A program made the translations under genes and the position numbers. Positions 13,601 through 26,640 of a stretch of DNA of 64,000 nt are shown piece after piece (position 1 is the first letter of the stretch; the number at the start of each line of letters is the position of its first letter). Under the pieces are notes generated by a model that was given only the letters and a program-made list of their open reading frames with translations, did not search any database and was not told the DNA's origin. The DNA is from Eukaryota sp. GEM-RC1 (lineage: Eukaryota): NCBI GenBank assembly GCA_040285855.1, contig JAUFOQ010000004.1, positions 1,922,001 to 1,986,000 on the forward strand, given 5' to 3'.

Positions 13601-14008
13601 ATCCGGCGAATTTTTGGAGAGAAAATCCAAAAGTCCATCTTTAGGACCACAAAAGCCTACAGTGGACAGAAGAGTCTGTGGGATGGAGTCAAAATCTATC
13701 GTATCGTTTCGAGGATTGACAGAGTTGGGAACACATAGAGAAGCAAATCGAAGGACTTCATCTCGGTTGTTGAAGATCTTATAGACTAAGTCGTCTTCAG
13801 CTTCGTCTTGCTGAAGAGAGGCAAGTGCGATAACGTTTGCAAAGTTTTCTGTACCATGATCGAATGAGGACGAATCAAACTCTAGATGTATCAGGTTTTC
13901 GTCATTCCTAAACTTAGTTTTGGCAAGCTTTACATACATAGATTCGATGGTTGGGATATCATCTGGAGAAAAGTAGGCTTCATCATCCGAAAAGATGCTG
14001 TCAGACAT
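7653..14008 (-). pseudogene. Giant RING + GBP/RHD3/VLIG-type GTPase + Cys/His-rich repeats + vWA gene (paralog 2), interrupted by several frameshifts
   Basis: Seven consecutive ORFs collinear with paralog 1. RING CPICIDC.C...CC...C..C..CPFC; GSQSSGKS, RTTQG, DLEG, PRD; many C-x3-C/H-x-C repeats; vWA with DNSGSM, T and FLSDG MIDAS residues. Lesions include homopolymer indels plus 2-bp and 7-bp insertions. Confidence 0.8.
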
Positions 14009-15437
14009 TCTTTGATCCAGGGAGGATTATTGAATAGGGAAGATGAAAAATTTCAATTTCAGAGCTCGAAAAACTACGACTGTTAAAACTACTTCTTGCA
14101 GCTGGAAGTCTCTATCGTGGACCAGTCGGCTGGTCCGGCTAGACGGCTCTCATCTCTACTACAACATGAAGGACATGTAATGGTTGGTATACTTTTGTGG
14201 CTTTTGCAGGCGTTCAGCTAATTTTTGTCAGAACGTTTACAACGGATGATGTGACTTTTACAACGGGGGCAATTCATACAATCTATAAGAAGTTACGAAC
14301 AACTAAGAATGACTAAAAAAGGTCAAATGGTTCATGTCATCAATTTCTGATGGACTAGACCAATTGGCGATTTCACAATTCAATTGCAAAACCAACGATT
14401 ATCAATTTGTCTGAGCTCGTATTATTATATCTCAATCCATTTGGATAACAAGACTAGTATTAATAAAGAGTGTAACGTTTCCTGATGTCTGTAACTTAAT
14501 GTGGAAAAGTGACGCGGGGGGGTGTGAAGAATGTCGGTGAAGATATACTGTACCGAAACACAGATAAAGAAGTCGTTGATTCTACAACTTACTCAAAATA
14601 TATTGTACAGTATTTTATCCAATATCTACGAGGCTTTTTCCTGTGCAAATTATAACACACACTGTATTGTAATCAACTCTTTAAGTTTGGGACAAGATTG
14701 TCACAAATCAAAACAATTTGTCTACCCAGAGTCGATTTTTTTGTTAGCCATGACAACAACAACAACGTCACTGTTCTGACATTCATTACATCATTACACC
14801 CATAATTGAAAAATAGATGCTGGTTGAACCAAGTACAGACTACTTGCTACAGTCGTAATCCAAACCATTAGCTATTTACTCCTATGTGTTGATTAAGAGC
14901 GTTGAATATTTATTATATATCATAAATGTGAAAAAACTACAATGTATCCTACTGAACGATTTAATGATGATGCGTTTGTCATGACATAAGTTGCAAATTT
15001 GTCATGACGTCATTACAGAGTGTTGTGACGCAATATTGTCATGATGTCATGACGTCATGGGTAGCTATGTTTTTTAGTGACTACATAGAATCTTGAAAAA
15101 ATCAATACAACTTTGTGTCAAAAAATATAACCTTGAAAACTGTAGGTGGTGAGCATCTTATGTTTGGAAATTTCTGTGGTTGCGATCAATGTTGAGTATG
15201 CTCTTGCATCATAACCCAAAACATCAATGCGAGGGCAAATTGACTGTTTCTCATCACAAATTATATAGCTCTATCACATTCACTAACGTTAGTTTCATAT
15301 TTTTCATTATGTATAAATGGGTTTAATAATAACGAACAATTGTGGACTGTTGACGTTGATGATTGTGACTTCTTAAGAAGAAAATGATGTGTTATCATCT
15401 TTTACCACTTTTGGAAGGTAATTTCTCCCTTTCCTAA

Positions 15438-16430
15438 ATGGCTGTTGTCCATGTTGTTATTGCTGCAATTCCGTGTCTTGTTACCATCATATTAGGCTAC
15501 TTATGCCTTCAGTTCAATCTTCTCCCAACCGATACTGTCCAACCGGTCAACGATTTTCTAGTTCTCATCTGCTTTCCAGTACTTCTCATTAAACTCATTA
15601 CTGGCCTAGATGTCGGATCAATGTCCATCGACTACATTCTCGTCAGTTTAATCCACCGTCTAGTCAGCCTCGTTCTAGGATTCATACTTGGTCCTCTACT
15701 ACACCGCACCATTGCTCCCTCCATTAACCCAACAGTCATAACCTACGCCACATTCAGCTCTCTCGTCTACACCAACACTGTTGTCATTGGCTTTCCAATG
15801 GCTTTGGTCATGTTTGGAGAAGAATCCTTGGACTACCTTGTAGTATCATGTTCTCTCGATTGTGTAACTCTCCTCCCAGCTGCCATCATTACCATGGGAA
15901 ACACTTCTAAAGTGGGTCTCCTCAAGAACCCAATCATTCTCTCTGTAATCCTCGGCATTGTCTTCAAAATCCTGATCCCCGCTCATTTCATAGAGCTTCT
16001 TCCCGTACAGTTAATCTTTGATAACTTTGCTCCTTCAGTTAGTGGTGGACTTCTCTTTGTCATTGGAATGTCTTACTTTGTTCAAACGAGGACCAAAAAT
16101 ACAGAGGAGCTGATGCCTTTGCTTTCTGACATGAAAGATCCCCAGAATGATCCTAAGAGTTTGACTTTTTTGTTTTATTGTTTCTTTTTACGCTTTGTCA
16201 TGGCACCCTTGTTAATGGTCATTATTGGTAAGTTTATATTCCGACTTCCACCAAAGGTTTATGCATATGCGGTGTTCTCAGTAGCTAATCCTTTGTCAAT
16301 CGCGTGTTTTGGGATTTCGAAAAAGTATAAGAAAGGTGTAAGTGTAATAAGTAGTCTCTTTATTTATACTCATTTTCTAATGGTTCCTGCGTTTATTGTG
16401 TATGCTAAGGTATTTCAGTGGGAGATTTGA
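15438..16430 (+). CDS. Auxin efflux carrier (AEC/PIN-like, Mem_trans) family membrane transporter
   Basis: 330 aa with about 10 hydrophobic segments and AEC motifs N.F....CFP.L, YTNT..IGFPM, LKNPII and LFVIG. Confidence 0.85.
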   Translation: MAVVHVVIAAIPCLVTIILGYLCLQFNLLPTDTVQPVNDFLVLICFPVLLIKLITGLDVGSMSIDYILVSLIHRLVSLVLGFILGPLLHRTIAPSINPTVITYATFSSLVYTNTVVIGFPMALVMFGEESLDYLVVSCSLDCVTLLPAAIITMGNTSKVGLLKNPIILSVILGIVFKILIPAHFIELLPVQLIFDNFAPSVSGGLLFVIGMSYFVQTRTKNTEELMPLLSDMKDPQNDPKSLTFLFYCFFLRFVMAPLLMVIIGKFIFRLPPKVYAYAVFSVANPLSIACFGISKKYKKGVSVISSLFIYTHFLMVPAFIVYAKVFQWEI

Positions 16431-17109
16431 GTGGGTGTTTGTTGAGTTTATTTTGTTTGTTGTATTTGTGATGATGTTTTATCACGTCACTTTATTAAGT
16501 TTTCTGAGTTTATCGTCTTTATTATCTTGGCAATTTGTTAATAAATTGTTGTTGTTTGATGTTGTGACAATATTTCACTTTCGTAATCAGCATCACTATA
16601 CGTCCATTTGTGCAATCAAAAAAAGTTGTGTATGATAAATTAATGATGATGTGGCAACTCCAACTTGATTTCAATACAAACAATAAATTTTCCAACTTCA
16701 ATCCAACTCAAGTCACTTGTAAACTTCACACTAAATTTAATACATTTTGTCTTTATAAAAGTTCTCTCATTTCACACTTTTGTCACCTTCTACCAGATAT
16801 ACAACGATGACTCAATGTGTTTCGATCCACACTAAAACAAACACTTTTAGAGATCCCCATGATGGTTCCATCACAATGTACATTGTTATCTTTTTATGAT
16901 AATTAAAAATTGATCATAGTGTTCACTTAAAACAAATAAGTACTATACTAAAGTTACTAGTCAAGGTATGCTACTACCGTTTTGTGGGTCTAGTATTTGG
17001 GGTAATAAATTGAGAGATGCGAGTACATTAAAACAATAATAGTGTGTGACCATTTTAAACAAATGAATTATTACAAACATTCTTACGATAAAACCACAAA
17101 AAGCGGGCA

Positions 17110-17330
17110 TCCAATTTAATTTAGTCAAGTTCTCCAGAGATGAATTATCTGATGAAGTTGGAGTTGAAGGTACTAGGTCTTTAGCTGAGGGACTAACAGT
17201 AAATTTTTGCTTGGAACAACTCTATTGAAAACGAGGGAACTGGATCAACGGAAAATATGTTAAAAGTTAATTGTAAAGTTCAAGTAGTTGGTGCACACGG
17301 TCTTAACAGGTTTAATGATTTGTTTCAAGA
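17110..17330 (+). pseudogene. Short relic of an RI-type LRR gene
   Basis: Translates to DEVGVEGTRSLAEGLTVN, matching the IG.EGA.ALAE.L.VN repeat of the LRR genes in this window. Confidence 0.55.
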
Positions 17331-17569
17331 ACTTTTGTATTAATTCACAAAAACAATGATTACAAATACCTGACAGAAACTTTTGTTTTGTGTTCATCGG
17401 CTTTTAAAGTGTGCGTTTAAAATGTACCAACAGAAGACCATTGTTGCAGATAATAAAATTACGTGAGGTGGCTTTTCTGTACACATTGTAGGTATCATTC
17501 GCAATAAAATACTTGACAATTTCAATTTCGAATTAAAGTTGCAATCGATACAACAAATTCGTTTGGTCT

Positions 17570-18310
17570 AAATCGTGTCCATATGTTGGTGCTTTCACCA
17601 ATGGAATGAAGAAAAGCTTGTTTATTGATCTATACAAGAAAGACGAACTACTGCCACGTCACTATTCACTAACACATACATTCCGAGTCAAAACTCCAAC
17701 AATGATGTTAAGCTCAGAACTATTAAGCTCACTACTGATGAATGCGCAACTGTCAAGTCAATCGGAAAAATTCTCAAACCTTTTCTATCACCTACGACAA
17801 AAGTGTCTGCTTCTTCTTATCCTGTTTTATCTGTTGTTGTTCATGGCTTGTTCAGATTACTTAATAATTTGAGACAATTACAAACAGATCAGTACTTAGA
17901 GGAAATGCTTCAAATCGCAGTCAAAACAATGATCATTTGAGAATTATAAACTTCTCACAGAAGCACATTCCGTGTGCTTGAGATCATGGGTTGTGACTTT
18001 TTGTGCATCCAAGCAACATACGTACCAAGTGCACGGTTGTTTTCACAAGCAGGTCTCACACTTACTGATAGAAGAACTAGTTTGAGTTCCAATTCTGTAC
18101 AGTCACAGCTCTGTTTGAACTCATGGGAAGACTTGTAGCTATTAGAATTTTTTGGAAGTGTGTTTGTATCTACTTCAAAAGTCATGTAACGATGACGATG
18201 ACGTGACTTAACGTGACGATGACGTGACTTGGTTTTGTTGTAAGTCACGTCACGTCGACTTGACTAGATATCGTCACGACTCGTCATGACGTCGTCATTT
18301 GCCAACTCTA
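17570..18310 (+). mobile_element. Decayed hAT transposase fragment plus right terminus
   Basis: Frames give LTTDECATVKSIGKILKPF..PTTKVSASSYPVLSVVVHGLFRLLNNL, a hAT core segment. GTCA/TGAC subterminal repeats (18180-18300) end in TTTGCCAACTCTA (TAGAGTTGGCAAA-type TIR). Confidence 0.6.
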
Positions 18311-18330
18311 GTAATAATATACTGTTGAAA

Positions 18331-21300
18331 TCAAAAGAGGTCAATAAGATGATAAACAGAAAGTAAAGAACTAAATCCAATAACATATCGTTCTACAGAA
18401 GTAGCAATACAGTACATGCAAACCAATATAATAGTCTGAAAGATTAAATAAACCAAACTAGGAAAGAATTGTGAAAACAGAATAATACAATAACCCAAAA
18501 GAGAAAAGAAATAAGGCTGAGTTCGTTGAATAAATATAACGAAAACAATAAACAAGAAGTGAATAAAAGCAAAAACAAATGATGAAAAAGGTTGTTTTTG
18601 AACAACATAACCCATAAAAAAGACGGCAAAAATAAAATTAAGGGAAAATAAAGCAGCCCCAGTAAAGAAGAGCTATGGAAAACACTGAATGTTTTCAATT
18701 TAAAATATTTGGTGAAACAAAATTTTGAGGCAACCGACAGAGAACAAACACAAAGAGTTATAAGCAACATTGACTTGTCTAAGTAAAAAAGAGACGCAAT
18801 ATACTCGAAAATAACTATGGTTACAGATATCTTCTTGTAACTGAAGACTGGTATTGCGATCATGAAAATATTCAAAATATTGGAATATTTTAAATGTTGC
18901 TTCAATATTTGATTTGAACGGAAAAGGGACAAAGACAAAATCGAGAACCGTAAAGAACGTGCTATTACATTTGATTGAAGACATACCATGGAAAAGCGAT
19001 CTGTCACAAATAAAACTATTACAAAAATTACCAAGAATAGGATCTTGACCAGACGATGTTCTTTTCCAACACAGTAAACCCTGGTAGAAACAGCATCTTC
19101 AGTACAGTATTGACACAAATCACCATAAGCATGACGTGATCTGCAAGAATTATCTTGACAATTGAACCAAAAAGCACACTCATCTAGTTCCCAAGTATCA
19201 GTATTTAATCTAAAACCAGGTTGAATTCCAGTCAAATTTCCATATCCACATTCAGCTAAATGAGGGCAAGGTAAGCAAGAATCAATCGAATCTAAAGTAT
19301 TTAAAGGACAAACACATTGGTCAAGATCACTAGAACCTTTTTGAAGAGTAATTCTAGGAAAAGGACAAGATCTACATTCTGAATTAAATTCTAAATTTGA
19401 ATAAGAATTTAAAGCACATTCAATACATTCACCAACAAAATTAAATTCCATTCCTTTAGGACAGAAACATCGCTGTTCAGAATTCAATTTAGGAAGATCA
19501 CAATCGTTTGAAACTAAATTGAGGGCAATTGACTGGGAGAAATAGGAAAGTGTAATCAGTAACGGTTCAAGTGGCGGTCCAATTATTTCCAACCTAGATC
19601 TATCAAGAATATGCATCACAGTTGTAGAAGAGTCAACAACAATACTTAAGTCTGAAATCATGACGTTTTTCGAATAATTGGTAAATGGATTTTGAGTTAC
19701 CAAGCTAGCAGAAATACTCAATATAGTACAAGCATTGTCCAAAGTAAATTGATGATCACAACTGTTGGTATTAAAGTCACTTATTTCGAATATTTGATTA
19801 AAATTTTGAACAATAGTTCCATTCCACTGAAATTGACTTTGATTGTAAGAGATCCAAAACGAATGATTTCCTAGAATAATCATATTCGAGAAAGTGAAAA
19901 TTAATGAATTATTAAAAAATTGAAAATCTGAGAACTCAAAAGTCGATGACATTACTGACAACATTCCATCACAGTGAACAATAAAATTCAAAGGATCAAC
20001 ACAAATAATTGGGATTGAAATATTTAAATTTTGAGGATTTAATTCGACTACTTCAGCTTCAAAAATTACAAATGATGCTGATGAAGCAGCAAAAACAGTT
20101 GGATAACTAACAGTAGAATAATAACAATGATGAGAATACAACTCAGTGGGAAAAGTTAGAAATGAAGATGACCAGAAAGTTGACTTTTCAACCACGACTT
20201 GTTTGAATTCTGAAATTGAATAAAATGATTGAGAATTATATCTCAAATGAACATCTTCATCAATTACTTCACCTAATGAAGTAACACCTTTTCCAAAAGA
20301 GAAAGGTTTAAAACAAGTATTAGATTTGTAACCATAAAACTCTATTTCTAGTAAGTAAAGGTCTTGAAGAGATATTAGAGTAATCTCAGAAGTTTTTGGA
20401 AAAACAAGATCTATTTCACACATTGATGCAAATGAATAACCACTAGGAATTGTTTTACAAGAAACGGAAGTGGAAAGAGTTTGATTGTTGACTATCAATT
20501 TAAAAGGAAGGTCAGAGTCAATACCTTCACAGCTGGAATTTGTCGTAATTGTAACGTGATGAATATCGAACTGTGCTTGAAAAAGGAACAAAACTGTTTC
20601 ATGCTTCGAGATTAATTCTGCACAATGAGATACATCAACACTACAGCACCTTGATCCATCAAATATTAAATTCGTATCAACATTTGAAATAATTTCTGAG
20701 GAATTTATCAAAGGATGTTGCAAGAATGAAATAACACAAATCTCCTCCAAAAAGGCTTCTCCAGAAATCTCTAAAGAATTCAAGAGAAATTGGTCATAGT
20801 AAACGTCAACACACACGTGTTGTTGAAAAGTAGGGATTCTGACATTCTTACAAACCAAGTAATTATCAATAACTTGACCGAAGAAGTCTTGATTTTCAAT
20901 AGAACAAGTCAAATTTGAAGTGAGGTTTCCTTGGAAGTCAACAGAAATATCACGATGTTCAAAAACACTAACATGATCGTTACTGCTGAATTCCAAATTG
21001 AAGAATTTAATTTCGCTAATAAAATGTTTTTTAAAGCCAGCTTGAGACCAAAACAGATTTTGAATATATTCACCTTCAAAAACTGGCAAATAAGTAAGAT
21101 TTAATTCAAATCTGTAAACAAAGATGGAATCAGAACTGTAGATGAGTTCAACATTAGAAGGATCAATAATAGAATTACCAATGGAAAATGAAGAATTTAA
21201 TTCAAAATGTGAAAAACTCCGGATGACTGTGAATGAATTATTAAATGATGTAACAACATTTGGAGTAACAAGTTCAAATTTTGGAGGATTTTCTACTAAG

Positions 21301-24300
21301 ATGGGAATTTGAAAGTTGAAATTTGAATTATGATAAGAAGCGTATACCTCGAGTTTAATAATTCCGAGCTTAATGCCAGTAATAGAAATAATTAAAGTTG
21401 AATTCTGAGTAAAATCTAAGGCAATCTGACAATTACCAGAACAACTGATATCAAAATCATAATGAAACTGATTAAGATCAATCAGAACTGATTGAGGGTA
21501 ATTAACCTCAATTACCTCAACAATTTTTGAATCAAACAAAGAAGTAACAAAGCTAACGTTCATTGATTGAGAGAATCTGTGAAGAGTGATAAAAGTAGAA
21601 GAATCTATCAAATTTAAAATATTGACACCATGGTTAACAGAAATAGCTTGACCTCCATGAGTTACAAACAGATTCGAAATATCCTGAGATAAATAAAATT
21701 GAATGACAGAATTAAAGATAACATTTGGAGGAAAAATTAAAAAATTCGTAACTTCAACTGACAATTTGAGATGAAAAATATTTGAAAAAGACGATCCAAT
21801 TAAAGTACAATTTCCTACTTTGGATAACTCTACAGCAAAAGTAAGGTATGCTTCATGGAAATAAACCTTCCCTTTTCCTCCCATTCTTTCTAAAACTCCT
21901 ATAAAAGAAGCACAAGGACTGTCGAAAGTTCCACAACAAAGGTCATCAATACCAGTAGTAGAAATGTAAGAAAATTGGTTCAAGTTAAGAATGTAATCAT
22001 TAACAGAAGCAAAAACAGAAGAAGAAGAAGTATAAAAAATAGATAATATTGAATTACAATCACAATGGACTTCATCAAAATTTCCAATTAATTGACCAGC
22101 ACTAATTAACTCAAGATCTCTACCAATTATATCATGGGTAAGGACAACTTCGATTAGTAATATTCCAGAAGATACACGTCATCAACTATAGAAATTTGGT
22201 GATCTAATGATGATGACAGTAGATATTTTAAAGTTGATGACGTAAACAGCGACAATTTTTTAGAAAATTCAAGACTCTTATCTGGAACTACTGAACCATA
22301 ATTTAAAACATTTGATTCGATTAATCCAGACCCAGATAGTTTGTGTTTAATAACTAAATCTTGGTCCAATTGAAGTGAAGCATTGAGGAGAAGTACATTG
22401 TGTTTAAAGTCAACGTCAACATTCAATATGGATACTAAATTTTGAATCAATACATTAGAAAAACAATGTAAATAGGGTTTAATTGGTAGTTCTGATTGAA
22501 GAGTGGAGAGCTGTAGATTAACTAATTTTGTTGGAGAAAATAATTGTAAATCGTTCAAAATTCTAATGTTTCCACTGAGTATCACATCAGAAGCTGATTG
22601 TTGAAGCTCAATATTAGCAGACAAATTGGCAGAATTGATTTCCAAATGTTTTGTTATATTGATTTTCTGATTAGTCAAGAGTTGGCAATGAAAACAATCA
22701 AAAGAACTGAAAGTCACTTCATTATTTAAATTTGAGAAAATGGAAGAATAATTCAAATTAATGATACTAACAGTAAAAAATTGAGTCCAGTAGTAAATAT
22801 CACTGTTGAGTGCAAACAAAGTGATAGAAGATGACGTGATTACAACCTCATCCTCCAAATAGAGCTCACTGCTTTCTAACTCTAATACAAAGTTATTAGA
22901 TGAAACCGTTGTGAATTGGGACATTATAACAGTGGAAGAAAATAATTTGAAATTAATCAAAGTGTCAATCGAAACGTTAACTGTAGTTACAATTGAACTT
23001 GATAACGAAATTTGACTCAGTATAGCAGTCATTGATGATAATTGCAAAGTAGCATTGTCCAAACTTAAAGTACCATTCCCTTTGAACCCCGGAGATACCC
23101 CAGGGGACATTCGCTCATAAACAACTGTAGAGTCGCGGTTACAATTCAACAAAAAATGAGGATTGTTCTCAAAGTCAGGGATTGCTCCAGGAGTTTGTCT
23201 CTCGATTATTGGCCCTGTTCTTGCTATTCTCCCAGCATCACCTCTCCCCCACGTAAGCACAGTTCCTTCGACATCAACAGCAACTGAATGATCATAGGCA
23301 GCAACAGCAGACAGGATTTGTCCATCCACTTTAACTGGAATAGGAATTGGAGAATCAATCCTGGTACCATCTCCTAGACTGCCTTCACTGTTTTCTCCCC
23401 AACTCCAAAGTTTTTGATCTTCATCAATACCAACAGCTGAAGTGGAAGTAGTATGAATGAAGGTGAAACGAATGTCCAAGTCAAAAAGTTGAGGAGTAGT
23501 AGAACTATTATCAGAACCCCAAAGTCTTCCACAAATAGCAGTAGAACCGTTCTTAAAAATCAAATAACTAGATAATCCTGAAGCAACAAACTTAACTGGG
23601 GGAACACCTTTAATAAGTTGAGGCCGATTAACATTCTCTTCATGACCCAGACATCCTTCAAAATTATGCCCCCAAGAGTAAACGTCACCATTAGAAGTTA
23701 AAGCAAAAACGGAGTTTCTTGTTCCAGAAAGTTTGATGACGTCATCAATGTAATCATTATGAACTGGTTCGTGTTGACTAATAGATAATTCAGGACCTAA
23801 ACCCAATTGACCATGCTGATCCCTACCCCAGGAATAGAAAGTACCATAATCCATTAGAACAAAACTAGAGAATTCTCCAGCATTTACTTGGAAAGCTTTT
23901 GGAAGGTTAATTCTATTAAATTTGTCTTCATCACCAGATTTCCGTCCGAGCTGTCCCCAGTGATTCATCCCTGCACTGTAAACGTCACCACTTGATAGGA
24001 GAATCAATGAGTGACTGTAACCGAGTGAAACTTCACGAACAGGAAGCGGAAGAACAACTGGTTCTGGAGAAAAAATAGTGGTTGGAATTGTTGACCCCAA
24101 CTTCCTTCCAGTATTTCTTCCCCAAACTTATATTTGATTGCTTCCCTGCAGCTCTGGGGTAGCATCAATGTTGAACTGGGAATTGCTCAATAGTAGTTTA
24201 CTTGAATGGTCCAAGGAGAAAATTCCGTGATACCAAGAAATGTTGAAAGTAATGATTAAGATGTGAGATGAAAGAGAGAAATCAAATCCATCAAGGAGCA

Positions 24301-24655
24301 GATGAGGAGTGGAAGTGTTTGAGAGAAAAGAGGATGAATGACTTTGTAAGGTCCCTCCATACATCGTGAGGGAGTTGAGTACTGTGAGAGAAGCGTTGTT
24401 GGTGAACAGAAGAATAATGTCATTGACCAGTGTAAGATTAGCTACAGTGACAGGAGAATCAATTGTGACGGTAACAGGAGATGTAGGAATTGAGAATGTG
24501 ACCGAGCATGACTCAGTGGGAACTTCAGGAGGATCCCAGTTAGGACTAGTAGTCCAGAAACCGTTCTGAGGATATCTCCAATCAGAAGAAGATACACTAG
24601 AAATGTCAAACGACAACAAGACTAAGACCCAAAATAAACTGTAGAGCTGAAACAT
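18331..24655 (-). CDS. Giant multi-pass cell-surface protein: signal peptide, beta-rich repeats, RCC1 repeats, Cys-rich ephrin-receptor-like (GCC2/GCC3) repeats, C-terminal TM helices; interrupted
   Basis: Signal MFQLYSLFWVLVLLSFD at ATG 24655. RCC1 units (VYSAG.N..GQLG, YSWG....GQLG, WSWG.N..GSLG). C.CP.G...C..C units, then hydrophobic helices. In-frame TAA at 24128; frameshifts near 22170 and about 18600. Confidence 0.75.
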
Positions 24656-25283
24656 TTGCAGAATCAAGCATTGAACAATCAGTTGGACAGGGAAACTGTT
24701 GGTTGCCAAAAGGAGAACAAACTTTCCGTTTCTTTTCTTGGCAACCTTGTTTATTATAAGATGCATTGTCAATTACTTTTAGAACGACAGTTTCTAACAT
24801 TTAATTTCTCCTCCAAATAGACTTCAACAACTATTGGAGCAAGTTGATAATGTGTGTGATGGCTTTAATTCTCAGTGTCACTAGTGTCGATCAATTTCTG
24901 ATTTTGTACTAAGTATGAAGAGTCATTTATGAAAGCAAAGTGTGGCCAACAGTTTCTATAGATTTTGGAATAGTCAAATATCATCCACTTACAGTACATG
25001 AACGACATTCTTGTTTCAACAAAATAGATGGGTGTTACTTAAACACCTATCATACCCCCTATTCTTTTACAATCTCTGGTACTGCTTGATTATTGAATTT
25101 GACATTCATTTGTAAGGCATAGACTCAGCAATTTAGCGTCTGGATAGGATTGTCTTTGAAATATTTTCTGTCATTTCTTAGCTCTTTTCTAAGGAGATAC
25201 GCTGCTGGAATGCCGATACTAGGTTGAATTACTGAACAAAAAGCAACATTTGAAATTGGACTGAACAGTCTCCCATCATTTCA

Positions 25284-26399
25284 ATGGCCAACAAAAAGTT
25301 CTTTGCCATAAAGAAAGGCCATCAAACTGGAGTATTTACTGCTGCTGAATTTGACCCGTTATGGGTCTCTGGTTATCCTGGAATGCAGTACAAAGGATTC
25401 CAAACTCTTGAAGAAGCCACTGTATGGTTCAATGGTGATACCACTTCCCTTGCGTCCACTACTCCAATCGCCTTCTTTGCTGTTGTTTCTGGGAGAGAAA
25501 CCGGGGTCTTTCCCGTTCACCATTCTTCTGACTTTTTCTCTATTATACAACCTCTCGTGTCTGGATATCCCCAAGCAAGATACAAGAAGTTTAAATCTCA
25601 AAGCGATGCTGAGACCTACTTCAACGCATTTCCTAAAGGTCCACCTAAATCTCCTGAAGTAACTCCATATGAACCCAGTCCATCAAATTCAAGTCCTCTT
25701 CCTACTAGTACCAGTCCCCTACCGACTAGTTCAAATCCCCTCTTCTCCGCACTACTTCCCGCTTCAAGAACTCGGGGTGCCGACCATGGTGCTAAACGTT
25801 CTTCTTCCCTTCCCTCCCCTTCTCAACCCAGAGAAGAACTTCCAAGCTTCTTCCACTCCTCACCTTCAACTCCTTCTGAGGAATGGATAATATACACTGA
25901 TGGAAGTTGTTTCAACAATGGTACAAAGAGGGCCAGAGCAGGACTCTCTTTTGCTCTTTATACCTCTGATGACTATACATCTTGTGTTAAGTGCTATGGG
26001 CCGATTACTCGTAATCCTAGCAATAATACTGGAGAATTTGGTGCAGTTTTGGCTGCGTTGTATTATTTAAAATATACGTTGAATGGGAAAAGACCAAAAA
26101 TTGTGTTTCGGTCGGATTCTGATTTATTTGTTAAAACTATGAATCTCAATTACAATCTGCAACTTAAACATTTGATTAAACTGAAGTGTGAAATACGTCG
26201 TCTATTACGAGAACCCCCGTTTCTTATTCAGAAAGCCAAATCAGTCATGGATATTACCTTTGAGTGGGTGAAAGCGCATTCAACGTGTTATGGTAATAAT
26301 GTAGCTGATGAGCTGGCAAGGCTTGGAGCCAGTGGTCAATCAAATGACGTTTTTGATATGATTAAAACAGTTGCTGATAATCCTGAGTTGTTTGAGTGA
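25284..26399 (+). CDS. RNH1: Ribonuclease H1 with two N-terminal hybrid-binding (caulimovirus viroplasmin) domains
   Basis: Two FFA(I/V)..G..TGVF...VSGYP...YK.F.....A..F units. Catalytic YTDGS, NNTGE, SDS and WVKAH..GN..ADELA motifs are intact. Confidence 0.93.
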   Translation: MANKKFFAIKKGHQTGVFTAAEFDPLWVSGYPGMQYKGFQTLEEATVWFNGDTTSLASTTPIAFFAVVSGRETGVFPVHHSSDFFSIIQPLVSGYPQARYKKFKSQSDAETYFNAFPKGPPKSPEVTPYEPSPSNSSPLPTSTSPLPTSSNPLFSALLPASRTRGADHGAKRSSSLPSPSQPREELPSFFHSSPSTPSEEWIIYTDGSCFNNGTKRARAGLSFALYTSDDYTSCVKCYGPITRNPSNNTGEFGAVLAALYYLKYTLNGKRPKIVFRSDSDLFVKTMNLNYNLQLKHLIKLKCEIRRLLREPPFLIQKAKSVMDITFEWVKAHSTCYGNNVADELARLGASGQSNDVFDMIKTVADNPELFE

Positions 26400-26640
26400 G
26401 GAGTAGTGGAATTTGTGTGAGTTTGGTGTTTGTTTCAACACTGTAATAAAACTAAGTTGTAAAAATGATGATTTCGTTTTAATCAAATATTTTTTTTATT
26501 AAAGAAACACATATTAGTCTAGTACAATGTACTCAACATTTGGCCATACAACATTTGTAACTACAACATTTGGTGGGAATCAATCTCAATGAAAGTGCAG
26601 TATGGGTCTTGAAATGTTGTTTCTGTTAATTATTGTTGTG

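Noticed and set aside
14960..15070. TCATGAC palindromic cluster as a regulatory element
   Set aside because: Resembles the subterminal repeats at 18180-18300, so it is more likely a transposon remnant; its ends cannot be defined.
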